NCBI GenBank assembly: GCA_024137785.1
Contig: JAHRHZ010000166.1
Location: forward strand, 885,367-949,366
Direction of reading: 5' to 3'
DNA length: 64,000 nt
Source of the DNA: Ginglymostoma cirratum
Taxonomy: Eukaryota
Numbering within the stretch: position 1 is the first letter of the stretch; every line of letters starts with the position of its first letter. The translations under genes were made by a program, and so were the position numbers. Shown here piece by piece: positions 51,050-64,000 of this stretch. Below the pieces are notes generated by a model. It ran no database searches and was not told the origin of the DNA. It saw only the letters and a list, made by a program, of their open reading frames with translations.

Positions 51050-53290
51050 GAAACAGGACCTTCGGCCCATCTTGCCTTATCCATGCTGCTCGTGATTTTA
51101 TATGCCTGTTTAATGTCACCCCTCAGTCCCCTATGCTAAAGTGAGAAAAATCCCAATCTATCCAACTTCTGCATATAACTCAACACTCTCAGTCCAGACA
51201 ATATCCCAGTAAATCTTTTCTGCACTATTTCTATTTCCTTTATAAAGTAGGGCAACCAAAGTCGCACACAGTACTCCAAATATGGTCTCAACAATGTCTT
51301 GTACAGCTACCATTAGAAATCCCAACTCTTACATTCAATTCTTTGACTGATGAAAGTTATAGTGATGAAAGCGTTCTTCACAGCCCTGTCTACTGAGACT
51401 CTATTTGCAGTGTATTACGAACTTGTACTGAAAGATCTGTTCGTTCTTTCACGCTACCCAGGTCTTTAACCCTGACTGTGTAAGTTCTGCCCTGGATTGC
51501 CTTACCAAAATACAACACCTTGCATTTTTCTAACTTAAACTGCATCTGCCAATCGTAAACCTACTGACCCACGTGTATCCCCATATAACCTTCGTCACTT
51601 TCCACTATAACAACAATGTTGGTTTCATTCACAAACTTACTAACTATATCGCTTAAATTGTCATCTAAGAGAAAATATATAAACAATGAAAAACAGTGGA
51701 CCCAGAACTGATCACTATGGCACACTGCTGATCACAGGCATTCAGTCTGGAAAATAACCCTCTACCACCTGTCTTCCCCTGTCAAGCTAATTTTGATCAC
51801 TTTGGCTATCTGTCTCTGGGTTCCACAAGATTTAAACTTACTCAAAAACCTGCCATGTGGTACCTTGTCAAAGGCCTTGCTAAAGTACATGTAGACAATA
51901 TCTACTGCACTGTCCTCATCTACATTCGGGTTCAGCCTTTCAAAAAAAAATCAAATTCATGAGACAAGATTTCCCACGCAAAATCCCAAATGAGTCCTTG
52001 TCTCTCCAAATGCCTTTATATTCTGTTCTCACATTCCCCTCGAACAACTTTCCACCACGGACGTTCGGCTCACCAGTATGTGGCTCCCGAACATTTCCCT
52101 GCAGCCTTTCTTAAATATTGTTACAACATCAGTCACATTCCAATCTTCTGGCACGTCACCTGTGGCTGTCGATGATACTAATATTTTCACTCGGATTCCC
52201 AATCTCTTCCATCACGTGGCACAAAGTCCTGGGATATAGTTCATCAGGTCCCGGAGATTTATCTACCTTAACGCATTTTAAGACTTCCAGCACTTTCCCT
52301 TCAAGACATCACTACATATTTCCCCAAAATCTGTAGCATCCATACATTTCTGAATAGCAAATATTGAATATTCATTGAGGATCTCACCCATCTCTTGTGG
52401 CTCTGCACGTAGATGACCTTGTTGATTGTTATGAGGCCATATTCTGTTACTAATTTCTCCTTTGGCCTTCATGTACTTATGCAATCTCTTTGAATCATCC
52501 TTTATTTTATCTGCCAATGCCATCTCATGTCCCCTTTTAGCATTCCTGGTTTCTCTCTTAAGTGTATCCCGACATCTTCCATAGGCTTCAAGGAATTCAC
52601 TCGATCCTAGCTGCCTATACATATCAGATGCCTCCTTCTTTTTCTTTCCAAAGGCCTCAATCAATCTAGTCATCCACCGTCCCCCATTCCTGTCAGACCA
52701 GCCTTTCATGGAAAGTTGTTTGAAAGTTTCCCACTTACCAGACATCACTTTAACTGCAACAACCTCCCCAAATCGACTTTTGATCATTCCTGTCTGCGAC
52801 CATCAAAATTGGTCTTGCCCCGATTTAGAACTTTAACTTCTGGACCAGACATATCTTTTACCATAGGTATTTTAAAACTGATTGAATTATGGTCAGTGGG
52901 CACAAACTACTTCCGGAGTGACAATTGTATCACTTGGCTTATCTTACTTTCCAAGAGGAGATTACACTTTTTCCAATTCTCTATTGGGCCATCTTCATAC
53001 TGCATGAGAAATTCTTCCAGAGCACACTCAACAAATTTCTTTCCATCTAAGCTCGTAACACTATTGCAGTCCCAGTCGATGTTTGGAAAGTTAAAGCCCC
53101 CTGCTGTTACAACCCTATTATTCTTACAGCTATCTGCAATCTCCGTAAATATTTGCTCCTCAATCTCCCGTTGACTACTGGCGGCCTAATGTGCAATGTT
53201 ATCAAATTGACTTCCCCTTTTTAATTCTCAGTTCTACCCATATTCTTTCAGTGAGTGAATCCTCAAAAATGTTTTCTCTCAGCGCTGCCA
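51050..53290 (-). mobile_element. CR1 LINE ORF2 fragments
   Basis: ORF 52278-52787 (KRETRNAKRGHEMALADKIK) with adjacent RT and endonuclease remnants. Confidence 0.85.
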
Positions 53291-55452
53291 GTTTCATACA
53301 ATTACTGACATTAAATGCTTAATTTGACATACTGCCGGTCCGACTAAAATCCGTTGATACAGAGGTCGATTTCATCCAAAGAGGGTCAACTCTTACACCA
53401 TAACAGCCCTGATCCAAAAGGAGGAAAGGGGCTGAATTCCAGGTGTGTCATAAGTATCAGCTCATGAAATGAAGCCCACATTTGAGAGTGTACAGCAATC
53501 AGAATACCACTCCCCAAAAAAGTTAGAGCCAATAGAAATCAGTGGAGGAATTTCTCCACTTGTTGGATTCATAACTTGCACAAAAATTGTCATGCTGGAT
53601 GGAGGTCAGTCATCTCAGCTGAAAGACATCTTGGAAGCAATTAAATATGATAGAGTTCTTGGCCCAAATATCTTAGGCTAATTCATCGTTGACTTTCCGT
53701 CCAACCTGAAATTAGAAGTGGGAATGTTTGCTAATTACTAAGCAGCATTTAACAGTATTTGCGACACCCCAGAAACAGAGATAGTCCATTCCCAAATGCA
53801 GAGGTCCATGATGTCATGATTTTGGGTGGCACCGTTTCACTGTGGTTAGCACTGCTGCCTTACAGCGCCAGGGATCCCAGGTTCGATTCTATCCTTGGGT
53901 GACTGTCTGTGTGGAGTTTACACATTCTCCCTGTGTCTGCATGTGTTTCCTACCACAATCCAAAGATGTGCAGGCTAGGTGGATTGGCCATGCTAAATTA
54001 CCCGTAGTGTTCAGGGATGTGTAGATTAAGGGGATATCTCTGAGTGGGATGCTTTGTGTGTTGATGTGGGCTCGTTGGGCCAAAGGGCCTGTTCCCTTGC
54101 TGTCGGGGTTCTATGATTCTGTGATGTTCACTTTTGCGTGGAAAGGTGTCAGGTATCATTTGTGTTGCACAGAGATCATGGATTAATCATATCTAGAAAG
54201 AAAGAATCTAACAATTGCTTCTTGAAATTCATGGCATCTCCATTACTGAAGCCCCATCTTCCCACTATCAACGCCAATAACAAGAAAATGAACTGTCTGT
54301 ATTGTGGCTGAAAGGTCAGACAGAAAACTAGAGATCTTGCATCGAGTAACTGACCTCCCACTAACAACATCCTGTCTATTACCTGCAAGACATGACTCAA
54401 GACTGTGATGGAACACTCCCTGCTTGCCGAAATGAGTTCTAACAATGTTCAAGATTGTCGACACTGTCCTGGGATATAACTGCCCAAGATGGAAGCTCCA
54501 CAACCACAGCTATTCATTTCCTCCACCACTGATGCTCGGTAACAGAACTGTATATATTCTATAAGCATCGGTGAAAGTGTTCACCAAAACGCTTCAGACA
54601 GCATCTTCCAAATGCAAAAACATCTAACATCTGTATGGACATAGGCGGCAGGTATATGGAATCATGACCACTTGTGATTTACACTTGTAATCACTCACAA
54701 ATATTACTTGGAAATATATCAAATGCCCTTCAATGTCACTCGGTCAAAATCTTTGCACACTCACTCTAATGGCATTGTGGCATGTTCTAAACTAAATGGA
54801 ATTCAGCAGCTCAAAAACACAGTTCGTTGCCGGCTTCTTAATGGTAATTGCTCATCGGAAATAAATGCTAACCCAGCCAGAGACGCTTATTTGAACGAAT
54901 TGGAAAAAGGTGTTAAATAATGCCATTTTGCATTTTTCCCCTTTAACATGCCAGTAAGTTTCTATAGACATAAATATTAAACATTGATTATAAAACCAGC
55001 CTCAGGAAATCACAACTTTTGACAGCATTAAAAAAAGAACGCGAAATGCTTATCTCCTGCTTCTTTTCACGTGCTTTCACATTACTTTTCCAATTCCCTA
55101 AAATAAAGAGAAATGTAACTGTTTATAGAGTATCACTTCCATCATGTAAATTAATACCTAAACGTTAAGCAGCATAGTAACACAGAAACAGGGATGTAGG
55201 TGCCAATGTATTCACAACACCGAAATGCATTCCTTACCTGCATGCTGATTCCTGTATCTCCATCCTGTTGCAAACAGCTAAGATAATGAGGAGAAAAATC
55301 AGCAACTTGGAAATACCAAAAAATATTTAATAGACATGGTGGATGTGCCGCTGTTGAAGAAGAAAAGCAAAGTTTTTTTGAAGATTTATGATGTCCAATT
55401 ATTGAAAACTAATGGAAACTCAAAAAAGTCAATTCAATTTCATTACTTTATT

Positions 55453-55770
55453 TGGGTGGCATGGTGGCACAGTGGTTAGCATAGCTGTCTCACAGCACCA
55501 AGGACCCGGATTTGATTCCAGCCTCGGATGGCTTTCTGTATGGAGTTTGAGACTCTCCCCGTGCCTATGTGGGTTTCCTCTGGGTGCTCTGGTTTCCTCC
55601 CAGAATCCAAAGATGTGTAGGCTAGGTGGATTGGCCATGCTAAATTGCCATTAGTGTTCAGGGATGTGTAGATTAGGGGGATGAGTCTGGGTAGGATGCT
55701 CTGAGGGTCGGGGAGGACTTGTCAGGCCAAAGGGCCTGTTTCCACACTGGAGGGATTCTATATTCTATGA
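55453..55770 (+). mobile_element. HE1-like SINE
   Basis: Same consensus as 22390; absent from the equivalent intron of copy 1. Confidence 0.88.
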
Positions 55771-55888
55771 TGAAAATGTTTGGGAATAGTGAGAACTTTG
55801 GCAGGAACATCTACAACTGGAATAAAGAGTGAGAGACTGTTAGAGCAGAAGAAAGCTACAATGAGCCAGAAAACGAGAGGGAGAAGGT

Positions 55889-55930
55889 CACACACACACA
55901 CACACACACGCACGCACGCACACACACACA
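55889..55930. repeat. (CA)n/(CACG)n microsatellite
   Basis: Read directly from the sequence. Confidence 0.95.
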
Positions 55931-57789
55931 AGCTGTGGAGAGAAACAGACTACTCATGACAAAAATTTAAGATTGTAGAATAAGATGACCTTGAAGTAAT
56001 GGATGTCTGGAATGGGGAATAGACATCTGATGTTCCACATGCATTTTCTGTTTCCTTACTATTTGAACCCTAATTCAGTCACCTTATTAGGATATATTTT
56101 CAGGTGTCTGTTCGTCTCAAATCCAAATTTAACTTCGCCTCCTGGAATGAGAAAATCTTAATGCTTCACCCAACACAGTAATATGCACTTACACTAGCTC
56201 CCTGCTTTCGCTTGATATTTAACTTCTCATCTGTGATACCTCATGTCCTCTTCTGGATACACTTCGTGATGACAGAACTAGTAGACAGAAATATAATGTA
56301 TTCACCAATAAATGCACATGGGCTTTCGTGTGAACTTTTCAATCGAAACTGAGGTCTTTCCAAGCAAAAAGGCATCACTATCTCAAAAACCTTCTGAGGA
56401 GTATTATGTTTTTAGAGTTTTGTGGTTGAAGGAATTCAACGTGAATTTCTTTCAGAAAATGTAGATGTACGAATTGTATGATGTTTAATATGTTTGTGAA
56501 TAAAACTGCATGCAACAAGAAAAACTACACTGGCTAAACAATCTCTTTCTGTATTGCAAATCGCATGAAATGCAAATTGCATTTTGAGGCTATAAGAAGG
56601 AAAGTCACGAAAACAAAACATGCATTTTTTCAAACTTAGGTGACAAACTTTTAAATTGCTGCATACCTTTCCCTATAGAGGGATAACCACGGACAAAAGA
56701 ATCATGTAGAAAACTAAACAGCAGAACTGTCCACGACGTAAAACGTTGTAAACTAGTAGACAATTAAACCTAAAATAAGGAAGCATTTATCAAATTAAAT
56801 CTGTGTCACGAACAAGAAATTCCCACATCAGCACCATAACTACGAATAAAGTAACAATCAATAATACCTCTCTTCCATTAACATTATCACTGATAAGAAT
56901 GTCTTTTGAGTTGAGTAGGACCAAGCTAGTACATTCAGCAACTTGGTTCAAAGCTTCTGCCGGGACTCCGATATGGCTGATAATGCTGTATGCCTCAGTG
57001 GAGTCCAGCATCTCAGTAGCTGTCCAACCCACAGCATTCCATGCGGAAACATTCCAACGGAATGTACGTATGTTGAAATTGGCATTTTTCACTAAACAAA
57101 TCAATTGGGCGGCTTCCAAAGAAAAAATATCGTTCAATGGTGGGTCCAATATCATCATAGCCGACGAACCTGAAGAGACTGGGGGGAAATCTGTCATTAA
57201 TAATCAATATTTATTCATGGGGTTTGTGGTAGACTAAATAAATAGTTTTTAATTCTTACTCATTATGGACAATGTCGGGCCATTTCTGAATATGAAAGGC
57301 GTTCCATAAAATTTCCTAGCTGCACAGTAATACTGACCAGAGTCATTTCTCTTTACATCTTGAATTTCAAGAGAATAAATGGACGATTCGTTGTTAATTT
57401 TTCCTAGGAATCTTCAATGTGGAGGAACGCTTGTTGTTTGTACCAACGAACAACTCCCCTTGGAAACTAACCCGTGTGGCAATCCAGCTTAATGGTACTT
57501 CCAACTGAAACAGTCTGGATGGCTGGCGCTTGCAGGAAAACGGTCTGAGAGACAATGGCTGAGAAAACAAAAGACACATCAAAGAGATTGCACAAAGACA
57601 GGGAAAAAGAAATCCAGTAGTTTCTGTTAGGAAACTGGAGGAAGAATAACGAACGATTACCAGTCATACTGTGCAATGCTGCAAAAGACATAGAAGGAGA
57701 GATAGAAAATCTGAATGAAAGAAAGAAAATGAAAAAAATGGAATAAATAATAGCCCTTTACACTTAATGAAATATCATGTCAAGCGTTA

Positions 57790-58685
57790 TCACTGAGTAC
57801 TCTATGAACACGCCCCTCCAGCCCCACAACCCCCAGCAAATTTCCATGCAACCGGAGCAAGTACTATACCTGCACTTACACCTGCCCCGTCACCCCCATC
57901 CCAGGCCCCAAGAAGACGTTCCACATCAAATAGATGTTCACCTACACATCTGCTAATGTAGTATACTGCATCCACTGTTCCTCTTACGGCCTCCTCTACA
58001 CGGGGGAAACCAAGAGGAGGGCTGGGGACTGCTTTGTGGAACGCCTACGCTCAGTTCGCAACAAACAACTACACCTCCCAGTTGCCAACTCTTTCAACTT
58101 CCCCTCCCACTTCTTGGACGACATGTCCATCCTGAGTCTCCTGCATTATCACAATGATGCCACCCAGAAGCCGCAGGAACAGCATCTCATATTTCGCTTG
58201 GGAACCCTGCAGCTCAAGGGTATCAATGTGGACTTCACAAGCTTCAAAATCTCCCCTCCCCCGACCGCATCCCAAAACCAACTCAGCTCATCCCCGCCTC
58301 CCCAATCCTTCCTTCCACCTCAAGGCCCACCCCCATCTCCTACCCACTAACCTCATCCCACCTCTTTGACCTGTCCGTCCTCCCTGGACCGACCTATCCC
58401 GTCCCTAACTCCCCCCCTACATTCACCTTTACTGGCTCCATCCCCGCCTCTTTAACCAGTCTGTGTACTCTCCACCTATCTTCGCCTTTATTAATCTTCT
58501 ATCCGCCTACCCATCTCTCCCTATTTATTTCAGAATCCCCTTCCCCTCCCCTATTTCTTAAGAAGGGTCTCGACCCGAGACGTCAGCTTTCCTGCTCCTC
58601 TGATGCTGCTTGGCCTGCTGTGTTCATCCAGCTCTGCACCTTGTCATCTCAGATTCTCCAGAATCGCCCGTTCCTATTACTCTGA
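57790..58685 (+). mobile_element. Penelope-like element 3' part (GIY-YIG endonuclease plus terminal repeat)
   Basis: ORF 57934-58350 (NVVYCIHCSSYGLLYTGETKRR...EQHLIFRLGTLQLKGINVDF). Confidence 0.9.
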
Positions 58686-60454
58686 CTTGATGTTCTTTCC
58701 TGTCAATGGCAATTAAGAACATTTTTTTTTATAGTTTGATATGGATCATTAAATTGTTTCGATTTTTAGATGGCATATTAAATGGACGAGACTGGACTGG
58801 TCATGCAATTATCTTTCATGTTGAATTTGCATTTCTTGGTTATGTTCCACATTTGGAAGGAGAAGTTATACCGTTTTGAATAAAGCGCAAATGCACTGTG
58901 TAATACATGTTTCCTTACTTAGAAAACGAATTATTTAGTGAAATTATTTTAAGCATCGAAGTTCGCAATGAGTGGGTTTCCTTATGGTTTTCTTTCTCAT
59001 CCATTCACAGGATGTCGGCACCACTTCCTGACATTTATTAGCCAGAGGCATTGCTGTCTGGAGTCACATGCTGGAAGACGAGGTAAGAATGACAGATTTC
59101 TTGTCTCCTGTCAGCCATTTATTCCCTAACAATGAAAATTATTTTTGTTCTGGATGTTTATTGAATACAAATTTCACCATTTAGCAAGTCTGATATACCA
59201 AGATAAGTCTCTTGAACATCATTATATTAAGTCTAGCCATAGAATCGTTCGGATATCTATTCCTCACAATGTAGCTTTCATCACTACTAATTTCAAAGCT
59301 TCCACCGTATATGATTAGGTTTTTGGTAGATCCTCTCAGAAAGCATCATCACCTACATGAAATTATCACTGATATTCTTTTGTTAAAACTGCTGTGTGGG
59401 AAAATAAAGGTAGGTCAGAGGTTATAATCAAATGTTAGAGTAGACTAGTCGCATTTATCATTTTCTATGCTGTGAAACCTTCGGATTATATGAAAGAACA
59501 TAGTTGAAATAAAGGACATAATCTTCTAAATGGTGAATGTGGTAAATCACCACATGAGGGAAATAAAGAAGGCTCCCGTCCCGAAACGTCTGCTTTCCTG
59601 CTCCTCTGATGCTACCTGACCTCCTCCCCCACCTCCACACTGTGTTATCTCAGGCTCCAGCATCGGCAGTTCTCATTATCTCCTCATGATAAAGATTTAG
59701 TTCGTTGTGGTATTATTCCACATTACGAACAGAAAACGATGAAGTTTCTTTTTTTTGATTGGATTTGGGAAGTCAAACAAAGATAAAGAATTTATGGTCC
59801 ATGAGGTGCAGAGCTCTACTTAATGGTTGATTGGAAATAATAATGTATGCAGAGAATAGCGTGTTCACAAAATTATTGAAAATTGGCATTTCAAAAATGG
59901 CACTTAGAAATATATTTGTTACGAAAGGTAATGTAATACAAAGTACAGTGGTTGATGATTTTTTTGCCTAATGTTTACGTGTTCCTTCATGACATAAACC
60001 ATTAAGAATAAATTGTGGATCTTTCTAATTGCATTCGACAATGTATGGACAAAGGGATAATGTTGATATGAAAATTGAACCTAGGTATTAATTCGCAAGT
60101 GAAAGTTATGTTGAAGTATGAAAGTTTATGTTGCATTATAATTGCAGTCACGTGTTGTTCATGGGTATGTGAAAGGCAGAATACCATTACAGCATCATTC
60201 AAAAGGGAGTGATATAAGATAGAATGCATGACTGAAAACAAAACAGCTATTACTTGCTAAACTAAGTCCAATAATTAAAAAACGAAATTGTCACATTATA
60301 AATAGTTATATGTTAGATTGCAAATAAGTGCATAATAAATAAAAATAACTAATTTATTTCTGATATGAGTACAATAAAGGACCAAATAAGCTGCCAATAT
60401 CTTTTGTTTTGTCGAAATTACTTTGGACAAGAAGGCAAAATGAAATAAACTTAC

Positions 60455-60520
60455 AAACGTTATTAATGTGTGAAGAAATTATTAGAAGCAGAAATGTAAT
60501 CAGGAGGGATGACGGTGCAT
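60455..60520 (-). pseudogene. Possible frameshifted leader exon for copy 2
   Basis: Hydrophobic APSSLLITFLLLIISSHINNV followed by a strong T|GTAAGT donor in phase 1. The ATG is 1 nt out of frame. Not similar to the copy-1 leader candidate. Confidence 0.3.
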
Positions 60521-62229
60521 TACTCAATAATTATGACAAGTTTTGCTCATGAGGACCATTGCGTGTACTCTATAGGCAGGCCAAATTATTAACCCTGTTA
60601 ATACGAATAGCACAGTGGGGTGATAGTAGTTAAAATTCTTTTAATTAAAGGTTTTAAAAAAGGTTCATGAATAAATAGCGTTAAATTAATTCAAAACTTG
60701 TCTGATAGATTGTGTTAGGTTGCTCGATAATGCAGTCAATTAAAATATGTAAAAAAGATGTTACTGTAAGAAAGGAAGTCTCCGATAATGTTTCTGTCAT
60801 GTGTGTAAAATGAGGTTATTGATGGACTGGTGTTGATATTATATTCAGGTAATTCAGAGGCCTCGGCGAATGTCCTGGGAACAAGATTCAAATTTTATCA
60901 TCACTTTTTGTGCAATTGAGACCATGGTACTGCACTGGAAAACATGACCCTCCCTCGACCCCCCATTCCTGGAACCTTAATAAAAGTAAATGTATTTAAA
61001 AGAAACTTGTAACACTACCTGATCTACCCGATCGTCAGAGAATTCTCAGAGAACCTATTGGTGCCAATGAAGGTTTCTATACTCAAAGAGAACCAACAAT
61101 CATTAGTGGGATCTGATTGCAGCAATGCATAATCAATTAAATTGAATTAAGTAAAATATATAGTCTAAAGCTCGAGGCATCAATTAGACTCCTGGTGCAT
61201 ACAGTCAGAGAGACTAAAAATAATCGTGGTTAAAAGAGAAACTGTGCAGGGAGGAAACTGGAAAGGAGTCTACAGTCTTTGTTCACTAAAGCGCAGGGCT
61301 AAAAGTTAGCACAGCTACCTCACAGTGCCAGCGACCTGGGTTCAATTCCACCTCTGTGTGAGTGTCTTCTTGGAGTTTGAACGTGCTTCCTGTGCATTTA
61401 TGAGTTTTTACTGGGTGCTCAAGCGTCCGGCCATAGTCTGAATTAGGTTAGGTGGACTGGTCATGTCAAATTGCCCATTAGTGCTCAGAGATGTGCAGAC
61501 TCGGAAGATTGCAATGATAAATGTAAGGTTATTGCGATGGACGGGAGTGGGAAAATGTGTCTGGTAGGTATGGTCTTCAGAGGATCAGTGCAGAGTTGAT
61601 GGGTGGCTTCTTTACCTCAAATATGGATTTTAAGATTCTGTGATTATACCCCGTGACACCTGGTGACACTCAATGATGCCTAGTCACAATCCATGTGCAC
61701 AGTAACACTCAATAACATCCAATGACGCCAATGCCTCCTGGTGTCACTCTGTGATGCCCAGTTGCACTAACGTTTTAACCAAAGACTAAGTGATGAGACA
61801 AAGAGTGATGAGACTGGCATTCTTCAGCTAAAGCACATTATGACACATTGAAGGGAAATTCCTTCGCCTTTTAGTCATGCAGGCCTCAGTAAGAAACAGT
61901 TGCTCAAGTAAAATTCAAACTGGAGAGGCACGGTGGTTTAATGGCTAGCACGGCTGCTTCACAGCACCAGAGACAGTGTTTGATTCTAGTCTCTGTGTTG
62001 TGTTTGCATGTTCTCCTTGTGTCTGTGGATATACACCTGGTGCTCTCGTTTCCACCCACAGTTCAAACATAGGCAGGCTAGCATTTTGGTTGTGGTAACT
62101 TGCACCGTAGACTCCAAGGATATTTAGGTTAGGCTGGTTAGTCAGAGTAAATTCGAGGTATGGGGATAGGGTGGGGTTTTGGATATCTTCAGAGATGAAA
62201 ATTCATTGGGCTGAACAGCATCCAACAGC

Positions 62230-64000
62230 TGGGACTCTGTAATCTGCTAAATTGGAAGTGCAGTTTCGAAGGTTTCTCCTTGACCTTCATTTGTCCGAAT
62301 ACTTCCTGTATTTGGAAGAGGAACAGAAACGATGTTTGACTTACGAAAAGTGTCTGCAATATCCAGTTCCAAGCCGTAACTTGTAGCATGTTCTGAAGTG
62401 AAGATAATATTGTTGTCCTCGCTTTTAAAGAGGTTTAATGCGGATAACAGAGAGACAGAGTTTTTAGCTGATGTGAATCTACTGCTTTCTCCTCTGGTCT
62501 GCCTAGAATCCCATAGTTTTGAGCCCAGCCTTGGCAGTTCAGCTGAATGACAAGCAATCAGTTTGTTGCTGATAGGAAGTTTACGTCTGTCTTGTACTCC
62601 ACCAACCAATCAGCTTTACTTGTAATCCGATGCATGGATTCAATTCATCTGTCCATGTCTAAATCACGTGACGATGAATAGTAACAATATTTTGAAGGTG
62701 TCTTGTCTGGTGCATAACAAACTAAGGGCTCGTCCAGGATCTAAATCTATAATTGTAAATTGGGGGTAAAATTGTTGGACTCAAAGCCAGCGAGTGTCAT
62801 GTGTTAGTGTCTTTTGTTTCAGGTATTGTATTCATTTTTTTTAAAGGGAGTGCCTTTTGTTTTAATGACTGTTTTGGTCACTGATAGTTTTCTGGGAGTG
62901 GAAGAAGTGGCTTCGGGAGTTTTACAAAAATTGAGAAAAGCAAAGGTATCAGAATTGGCAAATAAGCCAGATTTGGGGTTATCTGCATCTGTGGGGAAAG
63001 GGAAGATAATTGCTGCAACAAATGGAAATTTAAAGTTGCCAGAAATGTCATCAGAATCTTTAGAAATGGCTACAATTCAATTGCAAATGCAACAGCTTGA
63101 AAATGAAAAGGCAATAAAACAGTTTAAATTCCGATTAAAAGCCAAGAAAAAAAAGTGAAAGGGAGAGAAAAAATAAAGAAAGTAAGAGAATTTGAAAATC
63201 CGAAGTTGGCAGTTAGAGAGGAGAGTTGACTTAAAAGGGTAGAGGCTAAGCTTAGTTAGGTGGAAAGTGATGACAAGCAAATCAATCATAGCCAAAGGTT
63301 TGGTAGATATCGATTTAAATTTGTCCAAACATTTCCTAAATTCGATGAGAAGAATGTCAAAGACTTTTTCCATTTCATTTGAGAAAGTGGCTAAACAAAT
63401 GAAGTGACCATTGACCATGTACGTTTTATGGATCCAGACAAAGTTGGTAAGTAGAGCTAGGTAGGTGTTTGTTTCACGGTCAGAGGAGACAACTGAGGAG
63501 AATGAGGAGCTGAAGAAAAACACTTTAAGTGCATAAGATCTACTCGCAGAAGCCCAGAAATAACATTTCAGAAATCTAAGGAGGGACCCTGGTCAAACAT
63601 GTATTTGAGTTTGGAAGGATCAAACAAATTAATTTTGATAGTTGGACAAGGACATTGAAAATAGTTCAAACACATGACACTCTTCGAGAGAAGACTATTT
63701 TGGAGGAGTTCAAATTTCACTTCCTGAAGTAGGGTGGACTCAGGTGGAAGAGCAGAGAGTTAAAAAGGCAAGATTAGCAGCTGAAAATGTTGACGATTTT
63801 GAGTTGGCTCACTTTGGCATCAGATATCAATTTCAATCTTTAAGGGATAGAAACTGGGGAAAGGAAAAATCCTCAGCTGGTAAGGGAAAAAGGAGATCTA
63901 ATTGGAAATAATAAAGATAGTTTACCACAGGGTAGAAAAAAAAAGTCATGAGGGTGAAAGAGAAATAAAAAAAAAACCATAGGTGATGTCACTGCAATAA
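62230..64000 (+). mobile_element. Gypsy (Gmr1-like) LTR, PBS and gag remnant C, running off the window
   Basis: TAACA followed by tRNA-Pro-like PBS AAGGGCTCGTCCAGGAT near 62724-62740. Gag remnant (FSISFEKVAKQMK, ILEEFK...EEQRVK) is homologous to elements A and B. Confidence 0.8.

Larger units (their letters stand above)
48627..57558 (-). pseudogene. Copy 2 of the VJ-C1-TM-ITIM receptor (pseudogene)
   Basis: V exon 57558-57260 has TAG at 57469-57467, a 40-nt deletion, a second stop and FGNG->FRNG. C exon 57169-56868 is 302 nt, with the second Cys changed to Ser. TM exon 55350-55238 has two +1 frameshifts. CYT1 55097-55054 has its donor changed GT->AT. CYT2 48671-48627 is intact. Confidence 0.9.

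Noticed and set aside
1-64000. CRISPR array, rRNA or prokaryotic operon
   Set aside because: No regularly spaced identical repeats or rRNA-like sequence were seen; the window is vertebrate intron- and TE-rich DNA.

Overview
Eukaryotic, TE-dense DNA from a cartilaginous fish, most likely a shark (inferred from HE1-type tRNA-derived SINEs plus CR1, Penelope and Gmr1-like Gypsy elements). Most ORFs in the supplied track are TE debris or noise. The main signal is a small tandem family of minus-strand immunoglobulin-superfamily receptor genes built like a non-rearranging antigen receptor. Each has a germline-joined V-J exon (YYC...FGNG), a C1-type exon, a Cys-stalk/transmembrane exon, a short cytoplasmic exon and a terminal exon starting TVYAHL (ITIM/ITSM-like). 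Copy 1 (5739-16573) assembles by hand into an open, phase-consistent 295-aa CDS with GT-AG introns; its leader exon is the least certain part. Copy 2 (48627-57558) is a clear pseudogene on a duplicated segment. A possible third, heavily decayed TM plus cytoplasmic remnant lies at about 21 kb. The architecture matches the PRARP/VJC1 class of V(J)-C1 receptors, but orthology needs a database search. Between the copies, a ~21-kb nest of retroelements splits a degenerate ~115-bp tandem array. Penelope ends carry hammerhead-ribozyme-like cores. All exon models and TE boundaries were read by eye, and TE coordinates are approximate.
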